A stretch of 64,000 nucleotides of DNA from an uncultured delta proteobacterium (GTDB lineage Bacteria > Desulfobacterota > Binatia > UBA9968). The translations under genes and the position numbers were made by a program. Below are positions 39,901 to 49,940 of this stretch, piece after piece. Within the stretch, counting starts at the first letter, position 1. Each line of letters opens with the position of its first letter. The stretch is taken from positions 192,001 through 256,000 of the forward strand of contig CAVYTU010000011.1 in NCBI GenBank assembly GCA_963771465.1. Direction: 5' to 3'. A model generated the notes under the pieces. It did no database searches. It had not been told where the DNA came from and saw only the letters and a program-made list of their open reading frames with translations.

Positions 39901-42900
39901 TATCCACGTTCAAAACATGATGGCAGAGAGTGAACAGGACTTTGCCGATGCCTGGCGCACTGACGAGCGCCTAGGAATTCGCACATCGCTCGCGGTACCG
40001 CTGTTGCGCGAAGGCGTCGCCGTCGGCGCGATAATGATCCGCCGTACGGAAGTCCGGCCGTTCAGCGAAAAGCAGATCGCACTGCTGCAAACCTTCGCCG
40101 ACCAAGCAGTCATCGCCATCGAGAACGTGCGCTTATTCAAGGAACTCGGCGAGCGCAACGCGGAATTGCGCGAGGCTCTGGAGCATCAGACGGCGACGGC
40201 CGAGGTGCTTGGCATCATCAGCCGCTCGCCGACGGACGTGCAGCCGATCCTCGACGCCATCGTCGAGAGCGCCGCGCGGGTTTGTGGGATAGACGACGCG
40301 GTGCTGCGGCTTCGCGAGGGCGACACGATGACGGTGCGGGCTCATTTCGGACCCATACCGACTGGCCGTCCCCAGGTCGGCGTTGATGAGGCACAGTATC
40401 GTTGGATCCAGCGAGCGGGGCGCGCTCCATATTCCGGATCTCCACGCGCAGAATGAATTCCCAGGGGTAGGTTCCGCTGGATATCGTACCTATTTGGCCG
40501 TTCCTCTTCTCCAGCAGCGGCAACTCATCGGCGTCCTGGCCGCGCGCCGCGTCGACGTGCACCCATTCACGCCGGCGCAGATCAAGCTGCTTGAAACCTT
40601 CGCCGATCAGGCCGTGATCGCCATCGAGAACGTGCGGCTGTTCCAAGAGCTTACAGAATCGTTGGAGCAGCAAACTGCGACGAGTCAAATCTTGGGCGTG
40701 ATCGCCAGCTCGCCGACGGACATCCAACCCGTACTGGACACGATCGCAGCAAGCGCCGCGCAAATATGCGGTGCGGACGATGCCGTCATCCGGCTTGTTG
40801 AAGGTAATGTCCTTTGCTTGAGAGCACACCAGGGTTCCATCCCATCTTTTTCACAAGCGCATGGAGCCGAGTCCGATTCCCTCGTTCGTGGTCGCGAGTG
40901 GATACCCGGCCGAGCGGTGCTCGATCGAGAGACGATTCATATTCATGACATTGCGGCAGTTGAAAATGAGTTTCCGGAGACGCCGCGAGAGCCAGGCGGG
41001 CAGGGGTTCGCACGGCCCTCGCTGCACCGCTACTTCGCGAAGGCGCTGCGATCGGTGTAATTTTCATTCGACGAACCGAAGTCAACCCATTTACCGATAA
41101 ACAGATATCACTGCTGAAAACCTTCGCCGACCAAGCCGTGATCGCGATCGAAAATGTGCGGCTGTTTCAAGGAACTCGGCGAGCGCAACGCGGAATTGCG
41201 CGAGGCGCTGGAGCATCAGACGGCGACGGCCGAGGTGCTCGGCATCATCAGCCGCTCGCCGACGGACGTGCAGCCGGTTCTCGACGCCATCGTCGAGAGC
41301 GCCGCCCGGGTTTGTGGGATTGATGACGTGGTGTTGCGACTCCGCGAGGGCAACGCTATGGTTTCGCGGGCTCATTTTGGTTCCATACCCATGGGCCGCA
41401 TCGAGATCAGTATGGATGAGCCACAGTTTCGCTGGATGCGCGAGCATGGCACGCTCCACATTCCCGACGTCCGCGCGCAGAACGATTTCCCAATGGTGGG
41501 TTCCGCCGGCAGCTCGCGCACTATGTTGATCGTTCCCCTTCGTCAGCAGGGGGAATTCATTGGAGCACTGACCGCGCGTCGCATCGAGGTGCGCCCCTTC
41601 ACCCCGGCGCAGATCAAGCTTCTTGAAACCTTCGCCGACCAAGCGGTTATCGCAATCGAGAACGTGCGGCTGTTTCAAGAACTCAAAGAGTCATTGGAGC
41701 AGCAGACAGCGACGAGTGAAATCTTGGGTGTCATCGCCAGCTCACCGACAGATATCCAGCCGGTGTTGGATGTGGTCGCAGAAAACGCAGCACGGCTATG
41801 CGATGCAACCGACGCGGTGATTCATCGCATCGATGGCGACCAGCTTCGAGTAGTGGCTAATTTCGGTCCGTTGCCGGGACGTGGAAATCTGCAATCGCTG
41901 CCAATAGACCGTGACTCTATACCCGGCAGAGCCATAATTGACCGGCAAACTTTTCACCTTGATGACCTGGCAGCATTGCCAAAGGATGACCTTCCAGCGG
42001 GCTTTGCCAGAAGTGTCGGTGTTCGGACGGTGCTGGCCACGCCGTTGCTGCGCGAGGGAATTCCCATCGGAGCGATTCATATCCGTCGTATGGAGGTCCG
42101 CCCGTTCACCGAGAAGCAGATCAAACTGCTCGAAACCTTTGCAGCCCAAGCCGTGATCGCCATTGAGAATGTCCGTCTGTTTAAAGAACTCGGCGAGCGC
42201 AACGCGGAATTGCGCGAGGCTCTGGAGCATCAGACGGCGACGGCCGAGGTGCTTGGCATTATCAGCCGCTCGCCGACGGACGTGCAGCCGGTCCTGGACG
42301 CCATCGTCGAGAGCGCCGCGCGGGTTTGCGGGATCGATGACGTGCTGTTGCGACTCAACGAGAACGACTCTATGGTTTCGCGGGCTCATTTTGGTTCCAT
42401 ACCGATTAGCCGCGTCGAGATCGGTATTGATGAGCCACAGATTCACTGGATGCGCGAGCATGGCACGCTGCACATTCCCGACTCTCGCGCGCAGAACGAT
42501 TTTCCAATGTTGGGTGTCGTCGGCGGCTTTCGCACTTTGTTGGCCGTTCCCCTTCGTCAGCAGGGGAAACTCGTTGGATTACTGAACGCGCGTCGCACCG
42601 AGGTGCGCCCCTTCACCCCGGCGCAGATCAAGCTGCTTGAAACCTTCGCCGACCAAGCGGTGATCGCCATCGAGAACGTCCGGCTGTTCCAAGAACTCAC
42701 CGAAGCTTTGGAACAGCAGACTGCGACGAGTGAGAATATTGGGCGTCATCGCCAGCTCACCGACGGATATTCAGCCGGTGCTGGATGTGGTGGCCGAGAA
42801 TGCGGCGCGGCTGTGCGACGCGACTGATGCTCATCATCATTCGCGTCGAGGGCGACATCCTACGAGTCGTCGCACCAATACGGCTCAATGCCGGTGTCGC

Positions 42901-45010
42901 CGAACGTATCTACCACTGAGTCGGGGCATTGCCCGGTGGCCGGGCTATGATCGACCGGCAGACCATTCACATCCATGACATCGCCGCGGAAGTCGAGACC
43001 GAGTTTCCGGAAGGCTAGAGTTGCTCAGCAACGTTCCGGTACTCGCACCGTACTTAACACGCCGTTGCTACGCGAAGGCGTAGCGATTGGTCGATCCTGA
43101 TTCGCCGAACCGAAGTTCGCCCTTTTCAGAGAAACAGATCGCTCTGCTCGAAACATTTGCTGACCAGGCTGTCATCGCCATCGAGAACGTCCGGCTGTTC
43201 AACGAGCTCGATACCCGCAACCGTCAGCTCACCGAAGCGTTGGAGCAGCAGACGGCGACGAGCGAGATCCTGCGCGTGATCGCCAGCTCGCCGACGGATA
43301 TTCAGCCGGTGCTGGATGTGGTGGCGGAAAACGCGGCGAGACTGTGCGACGCACCGATGCTGATATTTACCGTCGTGAAGGCAGCGACTATCGGATCGTG
43401 GCCGCGCGTGGAAATATGCCGATACCTCGGCCGACAGAGGCTCGTACCGCTCATCCGTGGCTTGCCTCCTGGACGAGCGATCGATCGACCGGCAGCCCAT
43501 CCATATTCATGACTGTCGAGTGCGGAAGCTCAGCAGAATTCCCCGAAGCCAAGGCAATGGTCAAAAACCACTCGGTCTCCGGACTGTTCTTGGCCGTGCC
43601 CTTACTTCGTGAAGGCATTGCGATCGGGGCGATCCTAATTCGTCGCAATGAGGTTCGACCTTTCAGCGATAAGCAGATCGCGCTACTCGAAACATTCGCT
43701 GATCAAGCCGTCATCGCCATCGAGAACGTGCGGCTGTTCCAAGAATTGCAAGAGCGAACGCAGCGAACTGATGGAGTCGGTCGAAGAAATGAAAGCGCTG
43801 GGCGAAGTCGGCCAGGCGGTGAGCTCGACGCTCGATCTCGAAACCGTGCTCGAAACCATCGTCGCACGCGCGGTCGATCTGTCGGGAACCGATTGCGGTG
43901 TCATTTACGAGTACGACGAAGCACGCAAGAGTTTTATTTGCGCGCAAGCCACGACATGGAAGCTGAGGCTGTCGAGAGGCTGCGAGCAGGCGCGAATTCG
44001 ATTGAGTGAGAGGCGACTGCGGGTCAAGCGGCGCTCACTCGCGCGCCGGTGCAGAACGCGGATACTTGGATCAGCGTGAGACGTCCGGCTTCGCGCGATC
44101 CGGCCGACTGCTGACGCGGCTCGGTTATCGTTCTCTTCTACCGTGCCGCTCTTGCGCGAGCAGCAGATTGTGGGCGCGTTGACGGTCTGGCGGCGGCAAG
44201 TCGGGGAATTCGATCCCGAAGTCGATGAATCTGCTGCAAACCTTCGCGACCCAATCGGCTCTGGCGATCCATAACGCGCGGCTGTTCCGCGAGATCGGCG
44301 ACAAAAACCGCGAGATCGAAGCGGCCAATCGGCACAAGTCGGAGTTTCTCGCCAACGTGTCACACGAGCTGCGCACGCCGCTGAACGCGATCATCGGCTT
44401 TTCGGAAGTGCTATTGGAAAAATTCTTCGGCGAGCTAAACGACAAGCAGAACGAATATGTCGATGACATTCTTTCTTCCGGGCGCCATTTGCTGTCGCTG
44501 ATCAACGACATCCTCGATCTGTCCAAGGTCGAAGCCGGGCGGATGGAGTTGGAAGTGACGCCCTTTTTCTTGCCGGATGCGATCGAGAACGCGCTACTGC
44601 TCGTGCGCGAGCGCGCCAGCCGGCATGGGATCAAACTTGATCGCGTCGTCGACGACCGCCTCGGCGACTTCACCGGCGACGAGCGCAAGGTGAAACAGAT
44701 TCTCGTCAACCTGCTGACCAACGCGGTAAAGTTCACGCCGGAGGGCGGACAAATTCGGGTGGAAGCTAGATTGGGCGACCGCGCGATAATCGTTTCTGTT
44801 ATCGACACGGGAATTGGCATCGCCAAGGAAGATCAGGAGGCGATCTTCGAAGAGTTCCGCCAAGCCGGCGGCAACTACGCACACAAGCGCGAAGGCACGG
44901 GACTGGGTTTAACTTTGACGAAACGCTTCATCGAAATGCACGGCGGCAAAATCTGGGTCGAGAGCGAGGTGGGGAAAGGAAGTACTTTTACATTCACGTT
45001 ACCGACATAG
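36923..45010 (+). CDS. Giant soluble sensor histidine kinase with 14 tandem GAF domains plus HisKA/HATPase (about 2,700 aa), interrupted by multiple frameshifts after 39670
   Basis: 13 [11 protein letters not shown] GAF ends plus [11 protein letters not shown]; H-box [10 protein letters not shown]-box [21 protein letters not shown]; ORF fragments are collinear across frames. Confidence 0.88.
39125..42345 (+). repeat. Four near-identical ~150-nt intragenic direct repeats at ~1.02-kb spacing
   Basis: GAGCGCAACGC...CTGGAGCATCAGACGGCGAC...AGCCGCTCGCCGACGGACGTGCAGCCG...GACGCCATCGTCGAGAGCGCCGC starting at 39125, 40151, 41181 and 42195. Confidence 0.9.
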
Positions 45011-45046
45011 TGAGTGTGGCAGGTCTGTATGCTGGAAGGACTTATT

Positions 45047-45493
45047 CACCACGAAGGACACGAAGGTCACGAAGGGAAGACAAAGACGATAGTGAAATTT
45101 GATGACTTATCAAACAAGTTCATCGGTTGTGCCATCGAGGTCCACCGCGAGCTTGGGCCTGGTTTGCTTGAATCAACTTACGAACAGTGCCTCGCTTATG
45201 AACTCAACCGAGCCAAGATTCCATTCAAACTTCAAGTGGAGTTGCCCGTTGAGTACAAAGAAATCCGGCTTGACTGTGGATACAGAATTGATCTGCTGGT
45301 CGACGATCGTTTGATCGTTGAATTGAAAAGCGTCGATCAGTTGCTCAAAATTCATGAAGCACAGGTGTTAACCTACATGAAACTCGCTGCGATTGGAGTC
45401 GGCTTACTGATCAACTTTAACGTTGATGTATTGAGAAGAGGTATTAGAAGATTTGTTTTCTGAACCTTCGTGTCCTTCGTGACCTTCGTGGTG
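45047..45493 (+). mobile_element. Putative mobile unit: GxxExxY nuclease gene bounded by 29-bp inverted repeats made of three 9-mers
   Basis: Left CACCACGAAGGACACGAAGGTCACGAAGG (45047-45075); right CCTTCGTGTCCTTCGTGACCTTCGTGGTG (45465-45493); 27/29 complementary; mobility is inferred. Confidence 0.65.
45092..45463 (+). CDS. GxxExxY protein (PD-(D/E)xK nuclease fold, PDDEXK_3)
   Basis: IGCAIEVHRELGPGLLESTYEQCL, RIDLLVDDRLIVELKS, HEAQVLTYMK, GLLINFN; start GTG 45092 or ATG 45029. Confidence 0.93.
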   Translation: MKFDDLSNKFIGCAIEVHRELGPGLLESTYEQCLAYELNRAKIPFKLQVELPVEYKEIRLDCGYRIDLLVDDRLIVELKSVDQLLKIHEAQVLTYMKLAAIGVGLLINFNVDVLRRGIRRFVF

Positions 45494-45558
45494 GACAAAA
45501 TCAAAACACCCGGAGCGATTCTGCTTCACAGTAGACAACCGTGGTCAAGGAGAAGTCC

Positions 45559-45942
45559 GTGGCGAATGAACTGATTTTGATCATCGAGGATAACGAGAAG
45601 AACCGTAAGCTCTGCCGCGATGTGTTGCAGGTGAAAGGTTATCGGACCATCGAGTCTGAGACCGCGGAAATAGGGCTTGATCTCGCGCGCGGTCAAACGC
45701 CGGATTTGATTCTCATGGACATCCAGCTGCCCGGCATGGACGGCATCACGGCGATGAAGCAGCTCAAGGCTGATGCGCAGACGAAAACCATCCCCATCAT
45801 CGCGATCACCGCGTCGGCGATGACCAACAATCGGACAAGTATGCTTGCCGAAGGATTCGACGGCTACCAGACCAAGCCGATCGCGTTGAAAGACTTTCTC
45901 GGCGAAGTGGAACGTGCGCTGGCGGCGCGGGGGAACTCGTAA
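45559..45942 (+). CDS. Single-domain response regulator (DivK/CheY-like)
   Basis: IIEDN, DLILMDIQLPGMDG, ITA, TKP; AAGGAG RBS before GTG. Confidence 0.92.
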   Translation: MANELILIIEDNEKNRKLCRDVLQVKGYRTIESETAEIGLDLARGQTPDLILMDIQLPGMDGITAMKQLKADAQTKTIPIIAITASAMTNNRTSMLAEGFDGYQTKPIALKDFLGEVERALAARGNS

Positions 45943-46016
45943 GTCGTCAGGGTAAGGGGTGAGCATCCTCGCTTTCGCCAAAACCCGAACCGTTTACTCA
46001 TAATCGAATCACAATC

Positions 46017-47132
46017 GTGAACACTCCAGCCAAAATACTCGTCGTCGACGACACGCTGCGCAACGTCAAGCTGCTCGCCGATCTGTTGAGTGTCAAAGGC
46101 TATGCCGCGATGACGGCTTCTTCCGGACAAGAAGCGTTGGCTAAGATCGCCGCGGAGGCGCCGGACTTGGTGCTTCTCGACGTGGTGATGCCGGAGATGA
46201 GCGGCTACGAGGTTTGTCAGAAGATTCGCGAGAATTCAGCGACGGCGATGCTGCCGGTTATTATGGTCACGGCGCTCGATCCCGCGGAAGAACGGGTAAA
46301 GGGAATTGAAGCAGGCGCGGATGATTTTCTCACCAAGCCGATCAATCAAGGCGAGTTGCTTGCGCGGGTGAAGTCGCTGCTGCGCATTAAGGAATTGCAC
46401 GACACAGTTCAATCGCAAGCCGCCGAGCTCTCCGACTGGAACAAAAACTTGGAATTGCGGGTTCAGGAGCAGGTTCAACAGCTCGAACGCTTGGGACGGT
46501 TAAAACGATTCTTTTCACCTCAACTGGCCGAGCTGATCGTCAGCGGCGGCGCCGATGATCCGTTGAAGACGCACCGCTGCGAGCTGACCGTGGTGTTTCT
46601 CGACCTGCGCGGTTTCACGGCTTTCGCCGAAACCGCCGAGCCGGAAGAAGTGATGGGCGTGCTGCACGAGTATCATGCGGCGATGGGACGATTGATTCTC
46701 GATTACGAAGCGACGCTGGAACATTTTGCCGGCGACGGCATGATGATTTTCTTCAATGACCCGGTGCCGGTGGCCAATCCCGCGGAGCGGGCAATCCGCA
46801 TGACGCTGGCGATGCGTGCGCGCGTGACCGAGCTTGGCGCCAAGTGGCAGAAGCTCGGTTACGATCTCGGCTTCGGCGTCGGTATCGCGCAGGGCTATGC
46901 GACCATCGGCGCCATCGGCTTCGAAGGACGCTGGGAATACGGCGCCATCGGCAGCGTGCCCAATCTAGCAGCGCGTCTGTGCGGCGAAGCGAAGCCGGGA
47001 GAGATTTTGATCGCTCAACGGCTATTGGCCAGCAGTGAAGAGTGGGTCGAGTACGAAGCGGTGGGCGAGTTAACGCTCAAAGGTTTTCATCGTCCGGTGC
47101 CGGCTTACCGCGTCCTGCGGCTGAAGGATTAG
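46017..47132 (+). CDS. Receiver domain fused to class III nucleotide cyclase
   Basis: VVDD, LLDVVMP, TKP; FLDLRGFT, AGDG, NLAARL, LKG. Confidence 0.92.
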   Translation: MNTPAKILVVDDTLRNVKLLADLLSVKGYAAMTASSGQEALAKIAAEAPDLVLLDVVMPEMSGYEVCQKIRENSATAMLPVIMVTALDPAEERVKGIEAGADDFLTKPINQGELLARVKSLLRIKELHDTVQSQAAELSDWNKNLELRVQEQVQQLERLGRLKRFFSPQLAELIVSGGADDPLKTHRCELTVVFLDLRGFTAFAETAEPEEVMGVLHEYHAAMGRLILDYEATLEHFAGDGMMIFFNDPVPVANPAERAIRMTLAMRARVTELGAKWQKLGYDLGFGVGIAQGYATIGAIGFEGRWEYGAIGSVPNLAARLCGEAKPGEILIAQRLLASSEEWVEYEAVGELTLKGFHRPVPAYRVLRLKD

Positions 47133-47203
47133 AGCTGTCAGAGGTTACGGGCGAGGCGGAAAATTTGAAATTGTTATTTTGCTTGAACGGTGGAGCGCGA
47201 AAG

Positions 47204-48250
47204 ATGAACTTATTGGTTTTTATTATGCTGGCGTCGCTGGGTTGGACGCCAATTGGGTTGGCGCAGACGCGCAGGCCCATGTCAGTGGCCGAGTTGGCTG
47301 CTTATAACAAACCGGACCGTGAAAAGATTCTCTACGATGGCGCGAAAAAGGAAGGCAAGCTGACGTGGTACACGTCACTCACCGGCGGGCCGAATACCGA
47401 CATGCCGCGAGTATTTCTGCAAAAGTATCCCGGCGTAGCCGTCGAGGTCTATCGCGGCGATAGCGACGCGCTAATGTCGCGCATCATGCAAGAGGCGCAG
47501 GCGAAACGGTACATCGTCGATACCTTGGAGACTACATTCCCGGTTCTCAAGGTCATGCAAGAGCTGAAATTGCTTCAGCCCTATTTCTCGCCCCATCTCG
47601 CGATTTACCCAGACGAAGTGAAAGAGAAAGCCGATAGAGGTATGGTTTACTGGTCAACCGATCGTGAGTCCTACATCGGTTTGGCCTACAACACCAATGC
47701 GGTGCAGGGCAATGCGATCCCAAAGAGTTTCGACGATCTGCTGAAACCGGAATCGAGAGGCAAAATCGGCTTTACCACCACCGACACCGGCGCCCGCGTG
47801 ATCGGCGCGATGTTGGCGGCAAAGGGCGCCGAGTTCGTGCAGAAACTCAAGGCGCAGCAGATCACTATTTATCCGGTGTCGGGCCGGGCGATCCTCGACA
47901 TGGTTATTTCCGGCGAGATCGGTGTTTCGCCGACGACTTTCCTGAGTCATTCGCGCGTGTCGATATCCAAGGGCGCGCCGATCAAGTGGGCGCCGATGGA
48001 TCTCGTGCCGACCAATGCCGGCGGGATCGCGTTGCCTGCCAACGCGCCGCATCCCCACGCGGCGCTGCTGTTCGGCGACTTCATGTTGAGTCCCCACGGG
48101 CAAAAGTTCTTGAGCAATTACGGTCTCGATAGCGCGCTCAACAAACCGGCTTTCAAACGCTACTATGCCGAAGCTGGGATGAACGCGGAGAAGTACGAGA
48201 TGGAGAGTGAGAAATGGGAAAAACTGCTCAAGGAGATTGGTAGGAAGTAG
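47204..48250 (+). CDS. ABC extracellular solute-binding protein (Fe3+/AfuA-like)
   Basis: Signal peptide; AKKEGKLTWYTS, AYNT, APHPHAALLF. Confidence 0.88.
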   Translation: MNLLVFIMLASLGWTPIGLAQTRRPMSVAELAAYNKPDREKILYDGAKKEGKLTWYTSLTGGPNTDMPRVFLQKYPGVAVEVYRGDSDALMSRIMQEAQAKRYIVDTLETTFPVLKVMQELKLLQPYFSPHLAIYPDEVKEKADRGMVYWSTDRESYIGLAYNTNAVQGNAIPKSFDDLLKPESRGKIGFTTTDTGARVIGAMLAAKGAEFVQKLKAQQITIYPVSGRAILDMVISGEIGVSPTTFLSHSRVSISKGAPIKWAPMDLVPTNAGGIALPANAPHPHAALLFGDFMLSPHGQKFLSNYGLDSALNKPAFKRYYAEAGMNAEKYEMESEKWEKLLKEIGRK

Positions 48251-48259
48251 TCGAAAACG

Positions 48260-48315
48260 GGTAAGGGATGAAGGGTAGAGGGTGCGGAACGATAGAGCCC
48301 CTTACGCCTTCACCG
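48260..48315. repeat. 7-bp-periodic imperfect palindromic repeat
   Basis: GGTAAGG GATGAAG GGTAGAG GGTG ... CCCCTTAC GCCTTCAC. Confidence 0.45.
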
Positions 48316-48331
48316 CGTATGCGCGCAAGCT

Positions 48332-49042
48332 ATGGTTCAGCCTCGTAACGCCTCCACCGTCGTCCTGCTCCGTCCCGACGATCGCGGTAGTTTTGAAATT
48401 CTCCTGACTCGGCGGCCGATGGAGATGCGTTTTCTTGGCGGCTTCTATGTGTTTCCCGGTGGGACGGTTCATCGCGATGACTACGCACCGAAGACCTTGG
48501 AACGCTGTCGTGCCCTTAGCGGCACTGACGCGCGGAAAATTCTTGGCAGCAATCACGAACCGGACGAAACGCTCGGACATTGGGTCGCCGTGGTGCGCGA
48601 GCTGTTCGAGGAAGTCGGTGTTCTCCTGTGCGTGAACGAGTCCGGCGAGGATGTCGACCTCGCTGCTGAAGAAACCAAGCAGCGCATGGAGCTCAAACGC
48701 CAAGCGATCGTTAAGCAGCAATTGGACTTCGGCGCGTTTTTGCAAGCGGAAAATCTCTACTGCGATTTATCGCGAGTGGTTTACTTCGATCACTGGGTGA
48801 CACCGGAGATTTATTCCATGCGCTTTGACACGCGCTTCTATGTCGCCGTCCTGCCATCTAATCAGATTCCGCTCTCCCGCTCGGAAGAGGTCACGCATAG
48901 TCTGTGGATCAAGCCCGCCGCCGCGCTATCACGTTTGGACCGGCGCGACTTTCCGATCCTGCCGCCGACGACCACGGTGCTGCATGAACTCGGGGGGATC
49001 GCTTCTTGGGATGATTTGCGGCGGCGATTCGGTCTCCCATAA
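48332..49042 (+). CDS. NUDIX hydrolase (NUDT19-like)
   Basis: ASTVVLLR, VFPGG, RELFEEVGV, HWVTP, RFDTRFY, PPT. Confidence 0.9.
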   Translation: MVQPRNASTVVLLRPDDRGSFEILLTRRPMEMRFLGGFYVFPGGTVHRDDYAPKTLERCRALSGTDARKILGSNHEPDETLGHWVAVVRELFEEVGVLLCVNESGEDVDLAAEETKQRMELKRQAIVKQQLDFGAFLQAENLYCDLSRVVYFDHWVTPEIYSMRFDTRFYVAVLPSNQIPLSRSEEVTHSLWIKPAAALSRLDRRDFPILPPTTTVLHELGGIASWDDLRRRFGLP

Positions 49043-49197
49043 TCCGGCGGACGTTCAATTCAAGCCGAATTAAGCGCATCTGCACGCAGCACTTCGCGGC
49101 CCGGTGCATTCGTCCCGAGAGTATTGACGGTTGCTCTCGAAGTGTTAAAACGGCTTTGGGCTGTAGCGAATTCCAATCTAATACGGGAGGTAGAATT

Positions 49198-49701
49198 ATG
49201 GCGACGGTCAAGTTCAAGGATGCGACATTGACGCTGGTTGGGAGCGACGTGAAGGTTGGCCAGACAGCGCCGGATTTCAAAGTACAGAAAAGCGCGGACA
49301 TGAGTGACTACACGTTGGCGAGCGGCGCGGGGAAGACCCGCATCATCGCGACCGTGCCGTCCCTCGATACGCCGGTGTGCGACCTGGAAGCTAAGCGTTT
49401 CAATGAAGAGGCGAGCAAGCTCGGCAACGTCGAGATCGTTGTCGTCAGCATGGATCTGCCCTTCGCCCAAAAGCGCTGGTGCGGCGCGGCCAACGCCGAC
49501 AAGGTCATCACGGCGAGCGATCACCGCGAGGCGTCGTTCGGCAAAAATTACGGCCTATTGATTTCCGGCGGCCCGCTCGATCGCGTGCTGGCGCGCGCAG
49601 TGTTTGTCATCGCGCCGGACAATAAGCTCAAACACGTGGAATATGTCGGCAGCATCGGCGAGCATCCCAACTACGACGCCGCCCTGGCCGCCGCCAAATA
49701 A
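49198..49701 (+). CDS. tpx: Thiol peroxidase (atypical 2-Cys peroxiredoxin)
   Basis: VPSLDTPVC, SMDLPFAQKRWC, LARAVFV; GGGAGG RBS. Confidence 0.95.
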   Translation: MATVKFKDATLTLVGSDVKVGQTAPDFKVQKSADMSDYTLASGAGKTRIIATVPSLDTPVCDLEAKRFNEEASKLGNVEIVVVSMDLPFAQKRWCGAANADKVITASDHREASFGKNYGLLISGGPLDRVLARAVFVIAPDNKLKHVEYVGSIGEHPNYDAALAAAK

Positions 49702-49749
49702 CCGGCGCGCCCCTTTTACCAGAGTTCGAGCTTTTCATAGCGAGTTCGC

Positions 49750-49788
49750 AAGCCCGGCGGGATGATTTCCCGTCGGGCTTATTTTTTT
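49750..49788 (+). terminator. Rho-independent terminator
   Basis: AAGCCCGGCGGGA-TGATT-TCCCGTCGGGCTT followed by A and T7. Confidence 0.85.
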
Positions 49789-49940
49789 CAATCTTGACCT
49801 TTTTCAAGGAGCCGGCAAACGGGATCTGCACGATCAATCGTCCGCATCTCGCTCGCCACATTGAATTTTGCCCGCCAGTGTTTATATTAAATCTTGAGCG
49901 TTCGTTGGAACGCTTAATTTTTTTTGGAGGACAAATCATC

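Noticed and set aside
39670-44225. Programmed frameshifting or phase variation in the GAF kinase
   Set aside because: Indels are numerous, irregular and not at a shared slippery motif; sequencing error in a repetitive region is simpler, pending read data.
36923-44300. Diversity-generating retroelement or CRISPR-like array in the GAF repeats
   Set aside because: No reverse transcriptase or cas genes are present; the repeats are coding and ~0.5-1 kb in period; differences are not visibly adenine-specific.
45014-45091. His-rich metal-binding N-terminus HHEGHEGHEG on GxxExxY
   Set aside because: It is the translation of the 9-bp DNA repeat arm; GTG 45092 is a plausible start.
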